IMG/VR virus record: IMGVR_UViG_3300030060_008569
Coordinates: 1,862 to 65,861 of that record
DNA: 64,000 nucleotides
Direction: 5' to 3' (one strand)
DNA from: a virus
Lineage: Duplodnaviria > Caudoviricetes
The notes below the pieces were generated by a model. The model saw nothing but the letters and a program-made list of their open reading frames with translations. It had not been told where the DNA came from and did not search any database. The translations under genes and the position numbers were made by a program. Below are positions 29,821-39,542 of the stretch, piece after piece. The first letter of the stretch is position 1, and every line of letters begins with the position of its first letter.

Positions 29821-30111
29821 TTATACTTTTGAAGTTTTGAAAGAGATATTATAATTATAGCGAGGGACATCTGGAAATCGGCCAGCCGAAGGGTCATCAG
29901 ACTTGAAGCCAGCAATTTCCGCAGCTTTTATAAAAGAATGTTCATGTATATAACTACCCATGCGACCATCGCGGCGGCTCCACCATTCTACTTGATGTTT
30001 TAAACCATAAGAGGTTATTTTACGATTGAATCCTTTTGTTTTTTTTGTCATTGATTCCATCCACTTCAAGCAGACTTCTACTTCTTTTTCTTTGTAATTT
30101 AATTTATTCAT
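29821..30111 (-). CDS. hypothetical phage protein (SYGLKH motif)
   Basis: ORF from MNKLNYK; promoter at 30122-30150. Confidence 0.6.
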   Translation of the reverse strand: MNKLNYKEKEVEVCLKWMESMTKKTKGFNRKITSYGLKHQVEWWSRRDGRMGSYIHEHSFIKAAEIAGFKSDDPSAGRFPDVPRYNYNISFKTSKV

Positions 30112-30326
30112 TCTAAGATTTAGAATAACAGGATTTTGATTCGGGGTCAAGAACTTTTTTTTACCAAAATGGGCCATACTCACCCCAAAAAGAATCCCCC
30201 GTTAGAACGCACCATATCATCCGCCCCCCTAAATAAACAATAGCACCTATAACGGGTAAGGCTGGTATTAAGATGCTAATACCAATGACAACGAGAGTAA
30301 TAATAAGAATTGCTGATAGAATATCT

Positions 30327-30713
30327 TTAAGCATGAAGTTTAACAACCTCGTCAATATTTTTAGCTCTATTTAAAACTATAAACTTATAGTCATCAAAAT
30401 CAAATTTTGAATTTAACATTTCAACGGCTTTATCAATATCTAATTCTCCGCAAGTGTAAAAATCAAACTGTATTAGCGCGGGGTCTTGCTCGTCCCATAT
30501 ATGAAATGCCATGTGGCTTGTTTTAAGTAAGCAACAGGCAGTCACGCCTTTATTTCCCTCGTCCTCTACATAAGAAACTACAGGCTTGGATGCAAGCTGC
30601 ATGCCATTGCCCATAATAAAATCTTCTATCCAAAGACTGGTTTCAACAAGGTCATCAGCGGTGGGAACTTTTTTAATCGTTCCTTTTAGTATTAGGTGAT
30701 TATGTTGTAGCAT
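30327..30713 (-). CDS. speD: pyruvoyl-dependent S-adenosylmethionine decarboxylase family proenzyme
   Basis: H.HLI, G.T..CLLKTSHMAFHIWDE, QFDFYTCG; 128 aa. Confidence 0.85.
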   Translation of the reverse strand: MLQHNHLILKGTIKKVPTADDLVETSLWIEDFIMGNGMQLASKPVVSYVEDEGNKGVTACCLLKTSHMAFHIWDEQDPALIQFDFYTCGELDIDKAVEMLNSKFDFDDYKFIVLNRAKNIDEVVKLHA

Positions 30714-30716
30714 ATT

Positions 30717-31070
30717 TCACCTGTCGTCAGGAGACTTCCATAAAACCTCCAGCTTCGCAAGCTGGGCCTTTGCCACCTCTGGGTGTTGACACATGAGCCA
30801 AGCAGCGGTCCAACGCCTTTCAAACTCTTTTACCTTTTCCTCTGTGGGAAAAACCTCTGAGTTGCGTTTATCAAACTGCGTCCTATCGTCCACTACTGGC
30901 TCAAAGTCAGGGTGAACAATATGCTGCGCTCTTGAAGGAGAGCATCTAATGCACCTACGCTTGGCGAAAAGCCCAACGTATGGCTCGTCCCATGCAATCG
31001 CGTGCATGGTTACCGAACAGTTTTCAGTGGTGACTTCGCAGTCACATTTATCGCAAATTTCTTTGGTCAT
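30717..31070 (-). CDS. hypothetical Zn-binding protein
   Basis: CDKC and CIRC. Confidence 0.6.
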   Translation of the reverse strand: MTKEICDKCDCEVTTENCSVTMHAIAWDEPYVGLFAKRRCIRCSPSRAQHIVHPDFEPVVDDRTQFDKRNSEVFPTEEKVKEFERRWTAAWLMCQHPEVAKAQLAKLEVLWKSPDDR

Positions 31071-31094
31071 ACTTATTTCTTAAAAAACTCTAAT

Positions 31095-32690
31095 TTATTT
31101 TTCAGTTTCGGGGAAAGTTTTGTTTTTTTCAAGTTCAGAAATGAAATCTTCTACCATTTCTGATTTAGGGTTTACGTTGTAAATTATCTTTTGGTGTTGT
31201 TGCGCGCCGCCATTAACTTTTATTCCGTCTTCGCTACCTACCATTACAGTTTTACCTTGTAGCCCGCTTGCTGCGTATTTTTCATGCCTGTATGTCCTTG
31301 AGTATTGGTTCCTATCGTGACCTTTCGGAGATGCATGTGTACCTCCTTTGCCTGTTGTTCTCATAGAATTAAAATACTCTTTTCTAGGTATATCTATGAT
31401 TTTTTCACTAGTCAATTCTTTATAGGATGCTTTTTCTTTTTTAAGCGGAAGCCCCTTGGCTGCTTTCCTTTGGTTTATCGTAAGTGATTTATTATTTGTC
31501 ACAAACTCTCTTTTGTGAGAAAAATTCAAAAGAGACAAGCACATAAGTAATTTATTTAAAATCGACCCCTCAATTCTTGAGTCCTCTCTTTTACCGCGAT
31601 TTATCAAAACTTCAAAGTCTTCGTAACTATTAAAATAAAGCCAGCCTATCATTCCGCCTCGCTCTTTATATTTGCTATCAGGAATCTTTTCTTCATATAA
31701 AAAATGCAAACTTGAAGAAAACTTTGACCTTAATTGTTGCATAGCAAATCTATTAAAACCCTCTCGTTTTTCTTTTGGTATTTTACTGTACGCCACAGCC
31801 CCCTCTGACTGAGGGTTCGAATCAGCCGCCTTTGAATATAAATCAATGGCATCCAAAACCAACTTCCTTAAAAATTTATAATTAATATTGAAGTAATCTG
31901 ACTCTTTGGGAGAGGAAAAGGTTAGCAAGAAAGAATATTTGTTTCCAAATTCAATTGTATATGCATCTGATAAATGAAAAAACTGCTTCTTCCAATCTTG
32001 TTTAGCTATTTTAGGGTCTATTGACACCTCATCCATTCTTCTTGCATGACTCTCATCTATTCGCACTGTTACATTTCTTTCTTCTGCTTTCAAGGCCGCC
32101 CAGTATTTAAGTAACTCTAGGCTTTCGTGGGTTGTTACTCTAGCATGGCCATCTGTCTCGTTGTTAAGTCCAGTCTGCCTCATCCAGTCTTCGTGCGCTT
32201 CAAAATCAGGAACACTACAGTAAGCTTTAACTAGAGAGTCAACGTATGGGATTATGTAATTTTGATTTAATATGGACAAAGAGTATTTGTTGGCGACATT
32301 CGTTCCAGAGATGCCTAATTTTTCAAAATTTCTTGGGAATGTTTTAAATTTATCTAACTCAATTAAAGCATCATCGAAAATAAATTGACTATGACATGTC
32401 CTTTTCTCTTGTCCGCTGGCAAGGGCAGATGCTGGGGATTTAGTGTTAAACTTACCTTCGGTAGCTTCATGAGCTTTTATCTCGTTTTCTTTGAACCACT
32501 GTTCAGTGGCAACCGAGCCGACTAGTTCAACAGCCGCAGCACGCTGCTGGTCTTTCGTTAAATTCTCGTTACCAATCGCGTGCATTATTACATTTGTCAC
32601 ATCCCCTTTACCGGACAAAGCTTTTTGAACATTTCGTAGTTTTGAAACTACCTCTCTAACCCTTTCGTCATGTTGGCTTTTATCTTTCAT
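31095..32690 (-). CDS. large hypothetical protein
   Basis: 531-aa ORF; basic C-terminal HASPKGHDR motif. Confidence 0.75.
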   Translation of the reverse strand: MKDKSQHDERVREVVSKLRNVQKALSGKGDVTNVIMHAIGNENLTKDQQRAAAVELVGSVATEQWFKENEIKAHEATEGKFNTKSPASALASGQEKRTCHSQFIFDDALIELDKFKTFPRNFEKLGISGTNVANKYSLSILNQNYIIPYVDSLVKAYCSVPDFEAHEDWMRQTGLNNETDGHARVTTHESLELLKYWAALKAEERNVTVRIDESHARRMDEVSIDPKIAKQDWKKQFFHLSDAYTIEFGNKYSFLLTFSSPKESDYFNINYKFLRKLVLDAIDLYSKAADSNPQSEGAVAYSKIPKEKREGFNRFAMQQLRSKFSSSLHFLYEEKIPDSKYKERGGMIGWLYFNSYEDFEVLINRGKREDSRIEGSILNKLLMCLSLLNFSHKREFVTNNKSLTINQRKAAKGLPLKKEKASYKELTSEKIIDIPRKEYFNSMRTTGKGGTHASPKGHDRNQYSRTYRHEKYAASGLQGKTVMVGSEDGIKVNGGAQQHQKIIYNVNPKSEMVEDFISELEKNKTFPETEK

Positions 32691-32893
32691 ATTCTTTTCT
32701 CTTTCCCATTAAGTAGTGATGATGTAATACTTTATAAGGTGGGCAATCAGGACATTTTCCGTCAATCAATTTGTATCCACAAACAATGCATTCTTCATCT
32801 TCGGTTTTTGGTTTGGCTCCTAGAACTTGCTGTTCTAATTCTAGAATAACTTTTTGGCGTTCTTCTTCAGTCATACTTGCCTTGCCCCCAAAG

Positions 32894-33433
32894 TTATCTT
32901 AATTCCTTTCTTAGTAATCTCCACCTGTCACTATCAATAGCCTTTTTGCCATCATTTATTTGGTGAATCATTTCTAATACTTCTTCTATATTGTTATAAA
33001 TGTAATGGTGTGGGAGCATTCCCATAATCCATAAAGGGGTTTGACTCTTACCCCCTTCCATAGACACAAATACGGGTTTCTTCGCTCGAACTGCGGTAAC
33101 AAGTTCCTCTGCGCTACCCCAGCTTGCTATATCTGGCAAAATGTGAGCAATAATGAAGTCAGACCTATCAACAAGATTAAGGTCATAGTTGCGAACAGTT
33201 CTCATCCTTTCGGCTACGTCATTGTAGTAACCGCTGGCCATATCTTCGGCCATCTTTTGGCGAGCACCCTCGTCCTCTTCTACGTCTTTTACGAAAGGCT
33301 TACGATAAGGGTTGAAAGTGATAATGTTGAGCTTTTCTAGCTCATCTTCAACATATTTTCTCCAATCACGGCCACTTGCATATTGCATATGGCCCACTAG
33401 ATATGTCCTTGTCTTCTCTAATACGTTTGACAT
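32894..33433 (-). CDS. nucleoside 2-deoxyribosyltransferase-like protein
   Basis: TYLVG.M, DWR, FNP, DL..V.RSD.IIA, SWGSAEEL; leaderless promoter at 33440-33468. Confidence 0.75.
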   Translation of the reverse strand: MSNVLEKTRTYLVGHMQYASGRDWRKYVEDELEKLNIITFNPYRKPFVKDVEEDEGARQKMAEDMASGYYNDVAERMRTVRNYDLNLVDRSDFIIAHILPDIASWGSAEELVTAVRAKKPVFVSMEGGKSQTPLWIMGMLPHHYIYNNIEEVLEMIHQINDGKKAIDSDRWRLLRKELR

Positions 33434-33464
33434 GCTATGAATATAGCACGTTTTTGATGGGTTG

Positions 33465-33668
33465 TCAACCCCAATATTCGCGTTCTTGCTTGGACTTTAG
33501 TTTTTGGATATATTTAGCTTTTCTTTCTTTCTTATATTTCTTTCGGGTGGGCTTTTCGTAGTATCTTTTTTCTCTAGCGTAATCTAGAGTTTTCTCTTTC
33601 AATAGTTTTCTCTTGAGCTTTTTGATGCCCTTCTCTACATTTTCCCCTTTTTTTAGTTTTATTTCCAT
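33465..33668 (-). CDS. rpsU: 30S ribosomal protein bS21
   Basis: GENVEK.IKKLKRK, R.KRYYEKPT; 67 aa, highly basic. Confidence 0.88.
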   Translation of the reverse strand: MEIKLKKGENVEKGIKKLKRKLLKEKTLDYAREKRYYEKPTRKKYKKERKAKYIQKLKSKQEREYWG

Positions 33669-33669
33669 T

Positions 33670-34818
33670 TTAAAATTGAATCCCTAATTCTTTCATGTTC
33701 TCATTAAATTTATCAAAAGGTACATCCGAATAGTTTAATACTATTGGCAGCGAAATATCACCCCCTCGGTTCTGAACCTTCCTTTCGTCAAAGAATCCCT
33801 CTGCCATTAATTTAGCCACTGAAGATATGGAAAATGCGGTTGACTTTTGCATGGCGGTAAATTGCAAGTCGTAGCCTACAATGATTTCTTTTTTCCAAGT
33901 AACATTGCCACCACTCACCTCTACCTTTAACAGCACGACATCTCCAGTGTGATTTTCGCAGTTGTTAAAAATATCTTGTAAGCATTCTTTAGACAGTTTG
34001 GTATTTCTAATTAAAAGCCTAACCATATCTCTGTGGCCTTTATATCTTATAGTTTTATAAGAACAATTAGACACATCTCTTTTTGCCATGCTGGCGATTG
34101 AATGGGAAGCTCCTCCACTTGTGTAAAAGGCCTCTAGCTCTTCATCCCCCAGTAAATCAAAAGTCACTGGCTCTAGCCCATCCATGCCCTTTACCTTTTC
34201 TATGAGTCCGTTATTTAAAACCTCACAGTCGTCTTCATATTCATTTATAAGCCCATCTACAGACCAAGTACAAGCATAATTTAAAGGTGGGTTTATTTTT
34301 ATAGCAGGGATGCCACCGACCATCATCTTAACATTTTCAACCTCGTGATGTAACTCTGAATAACCTTGCTCTGCTAAAATATTTACCCAACCGGGGGCCA
34401 ATCCCAAGTCTGTAAAGATAGGTTTAGTTGCGTTCTCTTTAGCGTAGTCATTTATGTTTTGAGAAACGTCAACTCTACCCCCCAAGTCACAGTAGCGAAT
34501 GCCGTTGTCTATACAATACTTTGCTACAGTTTCAGTTTGATAATAAGGTAAACTACTGATAACAATATCTGGTTTTACTTGAGCCTCTAAACCTTTACAA
34601 ATATCTTCTGAGTTACTAACAATAAAAAACTCATTGCGAGGTGCTCCCACGATGTTATTACCCTCTTCGTCTTGCGTCTGTTCGTAATTGACTTTTTTAG
34701 GAATGTTCTCTGCCGCATCTGGATTAGTGTCCATTCCAACCACATGAAATCCGAATTTGTCCATTGCATAAGCAATGGCGGTTCCCATTCTTCCAACACC
34801 TAATACTATAGCTTTCAT
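33670..34818 (-). CDS. saccharopine dehydrogenase / lysine 6-dehydrogenase family oxidoreductase
   Basis: GVGRMG, SSLPY, YCDLGG, GLAPG, VGGIP, PPLNY..TWS..GL.NEY, LEAF.TSGG, YKT.RY.GH. Confidence 0.88.
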   Translation of the reverse strand: MKAIVLGVGRMGTAIAYAMDKFGFHVVGMDTNPDAAENIPKKVNYEQTQDEEGNNIVGAPRNEFFIVSNSEDICKGLEAQVKPDIVISSLPYYQTETVAKYCIDNGIRYCDLGGRVDVSQNINDYAKENATKPIFTDLGLAPGWVNILAEQGYSELHHEVENVKMMVGGIPAIKINPPLNYACTWSVDGLINEYEDDCEVLNNGLIEKVKGMDGLEPVTFDLLGDEELEAFYTSGGASHSIASMAKRDVSNCSYKTIRYKGHRDMVRLLIRNTKLSKECLQDIFNNCENHTGDVVLLKVEVSGGNVTWKKEIIVGYDLQFTAMQKSTAFSISSVAKLMAEGFFDERKVQNRGGDISLPIVLNYSDVPFDKFNENMKELGIQF

Positions 34819-35228
34819 ATTTCTTCTATCCTTTTTGACTTATCATCAATCACCAAATCGCAAGCTGGTTTAATATACTTACCTTTGGAGCCGGTAGACA
34901 AGTCATTAAACTTGCACCCCCAACCTTCTAGCTGGTTCCAAGTAAAATCATAGTAACATCTGCCAGCCGCTTTAGATTTTTCAGAGCCTCCGCGAGCTGT
35001 CCAATAAATAATGTACCAACCTTCGTCGTACATTTTGTTTATTTTAGCTATGTTTTCTTGATGAGGTTTCGCTAAATCATAACGCCTCTTACCTTCTTCG
35101 TAAAAACATACCGTTTCATCTATGTCTACCAACGCCACTTGTTGGTCATCCGCAGCAAACTGCTTCGAATCGTGAAATTCCATTTTATTATTTGTAAACT
35201 TTACGAGTTCTTGGTCCGGATTCATCAT
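34815..35228 (-). CDS. capless HAD-superfamily phosphatase
   Basis: VDIDET, WTARG, KP..D..IDDK. Confidence 0.8.
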   Translation of the reverse strand: MMNPDQELVKFTNNKMEFHDSKQFAADDQQVALVDIDETVCFYEEGKRRYDLAKPHQENIAKINKMYDEGWYIIYWTARGGSEKSKAAGRCYYDFTWNQLEGWGCKFNDLSTGSKGKYIKPACDLVIDDKSKRIEEI

Positions 35229-35390
35229 CAGCTTCAGCAGACTCTTGTGAATCTCTGTATTGGTGAATTTCAGAAACCCTAGCCATTAAAAACTCCCTAT
35301 CCTCTTGGGATAATTCTTTGGTATCTGACCAAGGCATACCTAAAGTAGTCATAATATGCCAATTTTCTTCTTGTGTACTCATTTTACTCA

Positions 35391-36926
35391 TTATTTCATT
35401 CCTTGTGGAAAAGTTAATTTGTCTGCGTGGTTAACAGTCCAGCTAATTTCATGGGTAACAGCCCTGAATGTTCTTGCTGCACTAGGAAATCCATTGCCAG
35501 ATTTTTTAACACCGCCGAAAGCTAAGTGCGATTCAGCAGCGATTGAACCTCCGTTCCAGTATATCATGCCAGCATCGCATTCGTCTCTCATTACTCTTGC
35601 TTTTCTAAAGTCATTTGTCAACACTCCAACAGCTAAACCATATTCAGTATCATTGTAAATTCTAATAGCATCCTCGACTGTATCAAAGGGAATTATTGCT
35701 ACATGAGGCCCGAACACTTCATTCCTTAGAAAACCTGCATCGCAGTTAGTCCATTCTCTTTTATAAACCATTGGAGTGCTGTAGTATGCTCCGTTTTCAC
35801 CAGTGTAAACAGGGTCAAGTAACACTTCAGCTTTTGGGTCTGAGTGTACCAGTTTATTCATGAATCTTATCTTACTAAACCCTTGCTCATTAATAATTGG
35901 GCCATAGTATATATCTTCGTTTGGTACTAGCTCTTCCCAAACCATTCCATCTGGACAACCAGATGAGCCAAGCATAGATTTGAATGGGTTCCCTGTTTTT
36001 ATTTGTTTAGCTTTTGCAGCAAATTTCTCGGAAAACTCATGGTATATACTTCGCTGTACAATCATTCTACCAGATGATACGCAACGCTGACCAGACAGCT
36101 TAAATGCACTAGCAATAGAAGCCTCAATGGCTAAATCAATTTCAACGTCATCAAAAACAATGCAAGCGGATTTACTACCTAATTCGCATGAGGTAGTTTT
36201 GTGCCATGATTCAGCAGCAACTTTACGAATGTGTTGTCCGACATCAGCACTACCAGTAAAACAGATGTGGTCGCAATTACCCCTAACCAAAAAATCGCCA
36301 GTAGCACCATCGCCATGCACCAAGTTAATGACCCCACGAGGGATGCCAGCCTCCTCATAAATTTGAACAGCGGCTTGAGTTGACATTGGTGCGTCTTCAC
36401 TTGGTTTAATTACAATAGTATTCCCCTCTACTAAAGCTGGGGCAGCGTTCCAAAACATGCCTATTGCCAGCGGAAAGTTAAATGGAGTTACAATAGCTAT
36501 TACACCTTTAGGCTTTCGTAGCATATACGCATCTTTTTCAGCAATTTCTGAAGAAACAGCTTCGCCATGACTATAACGGCCAGAACCAAAAGCAAACTGT
36601 GCCATGTGCAAGGCTTCATTAACCTCTGCGATACTTTCGTTGTAGTTTTTCCCTGTTTCAAGTGAAATAATCGTAGCTAATTTATTTTTATCCCTTTCAA
36701 TTATTTGAGCAACCTTATTTAAATAATCTGAACGGGTAAATCTACTAACCTTTTTCCAAGTTTTAAAAGCCTCTCTAGCAGAAAGTAGCGCCTTGCCAAC
36801 CTCATCCTTGCAACTTAAGGGGAACGCACCTTGCGCCTTTCCGGTTGCAGGGTTAATTTTAGTATACATGTCGGCGGTAGCTCGCCACACGCCATTGATA
36901 TAGTTCCTACCTTCGAAATCCCTCAT
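35391..36926 (-). CDS. NAD(P)+-dependent aldehyde dehydrogenase
   Basis: PFNFP, KPSE, FTGS..VG, ELGSKS (catalytic Glu), GQRC (catalytic Cys), EVFGP, FGGVKKSG; start MRDFEG overlaps the upstream stop (ATGA). Confidence 0.95.
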   Translation of the reverse strand: MRDFEGRNYINGVWRATADMYTKINPATGKAQGAFPLSCKDEVGKALLSAREAFKTWKKVSRFTRSDYLNKVAQIIERDKNKLATIISLETGKNYNESIAEVNEALHMAQFAFGSGRYSHGEAVSSEIAEKDAYMLRKPKGVIAIVTPFNFPLAIGMFWNAAPALVEGNTIVIKPSEDAPMSTQAAVQIYEEAGIPRGVINLVHGDGATGDFLVRGNCDHICFTGSADVGQHIRKVAAESWHKTTSCELGSKSACIVFDDVEIDLAIEASIASAFKLSGQRCVSSGRMIVQRSIYHEFSEKFAAKAKQIKTGNPFKSMLGSSGCPDGMVWEELVPNEDIYYGPIINEQGFSKIRFMNKLVHSDPKAEVLLDPVYTGENGAYYSTPMVYKREWTNCDAGFLRNEVFGPHVAIIPFDTVEDAIRIYNDTEYGLAVGVLTNDFRKARVMRDECDAGMIYWNGGSIAAESHLAFGGVKKSGNGFPSAARTFRAVTHEISWTVNHADKLTFPQGMK

Positions 36927-37480
36927 TTTCTTGTACTTTCCATTAATCCTTTTACGTTGTCCTTGCAAAACCCATCTCCAGTTCTATTTATAAGCTCATA
37001 AATGACTCCCGTCAACTCAGAAGGCTTTGTAAATACCTGAACTAAACCTTCGCACCTCAAGGGTGCGCTCGAATAAAATTCAGCATAACCAGCATTAAGC
37101 CACATTTTCATTGTAGCATCAACATCTTCTACTTGATAAGCTATATGATGAACTCCGGGTCCATTTTCCTCAACCCAGTCACCCACAATAGAGCCTTTGG
37201 GTCCGTCACTAACGAATATTTCAGGGGGAGAGTGGTAGGGGTGGAATTGAGCCTCAACTTTTTGACCTTTAGAGTCTGGAGCGTCAGCTAAAAGCACCTC
37301 CCATTCTGAGATTTCAGGATGCCTCTCTTCTGGTGGGAGTAAAGCTAGGCACTCCGCCTTAGTCCCATCACTGAAATCTATTTCAAATTCTGTGCCAAGC
37401 GTATACCCCAAGCACCTTTTAAGAAATTTGGCTGTTTTTTTCCTGTTTTTTACTCTGTAGGCTATATGGTCTAACCTCAT
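36923..37480 (-). CDS. VOC-family enzyme resembling the catalytic domain of 4-hydroxyphenylpyruvate dioxygenase
   Basis: LDHIA, GPGVHHIAY, LVQVFTKP, YELINR..GF...N; His/His/Glu triad. Confidence 0.75.
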   Translation of the reverse strand: MRLDHIAYRVKNRKKTAKFLKRCLGYTLGTEFEIDFSDGTKAECLALLPPEERHPEISEWEVLLADAPDSKGQKVEAQFHPYHSPPEIFVSDGPKGSIVGDWVEENGPGVHHIAYQVEDVDATMKMWLNAGYAEFYSSAPLRCEGLVQVFTKPSELTGVIYELINRTGDGFCKDNVKGLMESTRK

Positions 37481-37548
37481 TTTAAATATTATATCATATA
37501 AGAAATGTTTTTTCAATTTTCTTTAAAAAGGGTGTAATATATATTGAG

Positions 37549-37899
37549 ATGAATTTGATTATTTCGTCTACTTTATCTTCCGACCCTCCCTCCGAGGGCT
37601 TGTATTTTAGATTTCTTACGATGGTGGCGGCAAAAGACTTAGATTATTGCGTAATTGTAGAATCTGAAAAAGAGAAAATAGACCCACTTTACAGGTTTTT
37701 AAAACAAAAAGGGTGGTACGACTTTGTGAGTGATATAGTTGTTCCAGAATGGAAAATAGAAGGGGTTAGAATTGATACTAGGAACCAATACCCGCTGACA
37801 ATTAAGACCGATTATATTAGGTGTGAAAATACGCCAAACCTACTAGGACAAATCAAAACAATGAGGTCAATAAATGCAACGCTTGACGAAATCAGATAA
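37549..37899 (+). CDS. hypothetical protein
   Basis: ORF preceded by GTGTAA motif at 37532. Confidence 0.65.
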   Translation: MNLIISSTLSSDPPSEGLYFRFLTMVAAKDLDYCVIVESEKEKIDPLYRFLKQKGWYDFVSDIVVPEWKIEGVRIDTRNQYPLTIKTDYIRCENTPNLLGQIKTMRSINATLDEIR

Positions 37900-38060
37900 A
37901 GAGTGGTTTATAAATTATCTAAAAGGACAATTACAAATAGAAGAAACAAACGCATGGAGATACAAAACAAAAGATTGTTACGAAAGGGTTGCCCAGCTTA
38001 AAAGAATTTATAATATATTAACCTATGAAAACCCCGAAGCAACCGCTGGAAAAGATAGGT

Positions 38061-38645
38061 TTAAAATCTAAATGTTCCGCCTGTTAACCATCTTTCAAGC
38101 TTCCAAGTAAGTTTAACAATAAGGCCCAAGACCCATCTTAGCACAAATAGCGGAAGTCTCACCAAGGAGCACCAAAACTTAAACGATTTCCACCACCATT
38201 TATTTTGTTTAATCTTAGTATTTTCGGCAGCTTCTTTAAATTTTTCCTGAGTTTCTAGCCTCGCTTTACTATCTTTTTTATGAAAATCAAAAACTTCTAT
38301 TTGTTTTAAATCACCTTTCCAAACCAATGCTTTAAACTCTATCCAGTAGTCATACTCTTCTGTAAAAAAATCAAAGTAAAAGTTTAATTGCCCTGTCCAA
38401 TCAATTTTTTCTATCCCCAATTCTTTTTCTTGCATTTGCCCTTTTTCATCTATAAACCTGTCTTTTCTTTCTGCGTATATTTGACCGTCATCTTCTATGG
38501 TATAAGTTTCTAGGTAACAATCTAAAGACTTTGTTTGAAAGTTTATTTCTGCCCAGTTTTCATCTGGGAACTGCTCCTTTATCTCATCTGTCAGGGGCAG
38601 GGGGTATTCACATTTTAAATAATCAAACATTACATTGAGTACCAT
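38061..38645 (-). CDS. hypothetical phage protein
   Basis: MFDY..C, FQTKSLD motifs; C-terminal amphipathic helix. Confidence 0.7.
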   Translation of the reverse strand: MVLNVMFDYLKCEYPLPLTDEIKEQFPDENWAEINFQTKSLDCYLETYTIEDDGQIYAERKDRFIDEKGQMQEKELGIEKIDWTGQLNFYFDFFTEEYDYWIEFKALVWKGDLKQIEVFDFHKKDSKARLETQEKFKEAAENTKIKQNKWWWKSFKFWCSLVRLPLFVLRWVLGLIVKLTWKLERWLTGGTFRF

Positions 38646-38813
38646 TCATCGCCGTTTTCTATAAGACACCGTAAAGCCTTGAGGTGATGAACCATAAAAC
38701 TTTCCCCGACAGCCTGTTCAGCTTTATTTCTAGCTATTGCGTTAGCTTTGTGAGCCTCGTCATCTTTTTTGGCTTGCTCAATGCAATCGTCTAACAATCT
38801 CAATGCAGCTTGC

Positions 38814-39176
38814 TTATTTGTCATCTGTTCCCCCGCAATTCTCTCTGATTATATCCTTTTCGTTTAATTCTACCCAATAAATCTCGTAAGCTATAGTATC
38901 TTCCAAGGCTTCAAACTTGTGGTACTCTTTGGGTGGGCAGGTAGTTATTTGACCTGTTTTGACGAAAGTTTCATCAACTAAATTATAATCATTTTTCCAA
39001 GCTGTAATTTTTAAACAGCCGGACTCAACAAAAAAGGCATTATACTTGTACTCGTGCTTGTGTTTTGAGCAGAATCCGCCTTTATTTACTTCTATTCTGT
39101 GTATTTCTACGTTATTTTTGCAGAATAATGGCTGAGTTTCTCCCCAAACTTTACCCTGTACGTTATTCATCACCAC
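38814..39176 (-). CDS. cupin-domain protein (mannose-6-phosphate isomerase C-terminal-like)
   Basis: GKVWG, CSKHKH..K...F.V.SG, P..YH.F. Confidence 0.8.
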   Translation of the reverse strand: MVMNNVQGKVWGETQPLFCKNNVEIHRIEVNKGGFCSKHKHEYKYNAFFVESGCLKITAWKNDYNLVDETFVKTGQITTCPPKEYHKFEALEDTIAYEIYWVELNEKDIIRENCGGTDDK

Positions 39177-39498
39177 TAAGGTAGGTGGGAATGTATTTTA
39201 AGTCAACGCTAGAAAAAATTTCACTACCTAACTTCTCAACCATTTGGCTTCTAGTAAAGCCTTCTGCTTCGGCCCACTTCCACTTTCTTACGTTTATTGT
39301 AAAGCTGGTCATTACGTCCGTGCCGTTTACATCTACGCACCCTACAAGCACAGCTAATTCCTTTTCCAAATCTGCATTGGCTAGTATGCAAGAGTCGTTG
39401 TCTTCTGTTTGGCTTACTGCTATATTATATCCAAGTTTTTTGGCCTTTCTTTTAATAGCAGTGACCTCTTTATTTAGTTTAGTTTGGCGTGAACTCAC
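39163..39498 (-). CDS. hypothetical protein
   Basis: ORF from GTG at 39498; GTGTAA motif 8 nt upstream. Confidence 0.55.
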   Translation of the reverse strand: MSSRQTKLNKEVTAIKRKAKKLGYNIAVSQTEDNDSCILANADLEKELAVLVGCVDVNGTDVMTSFTINVRKWKWAEAEGFTRSQMVEKLGSEIFSSVDLKYIPTYLSGDE

Positions 39499-39542
39499 AC
39501 ATATAATTACACAAAAAAATAGTGTAATATTATTTAACAAAT

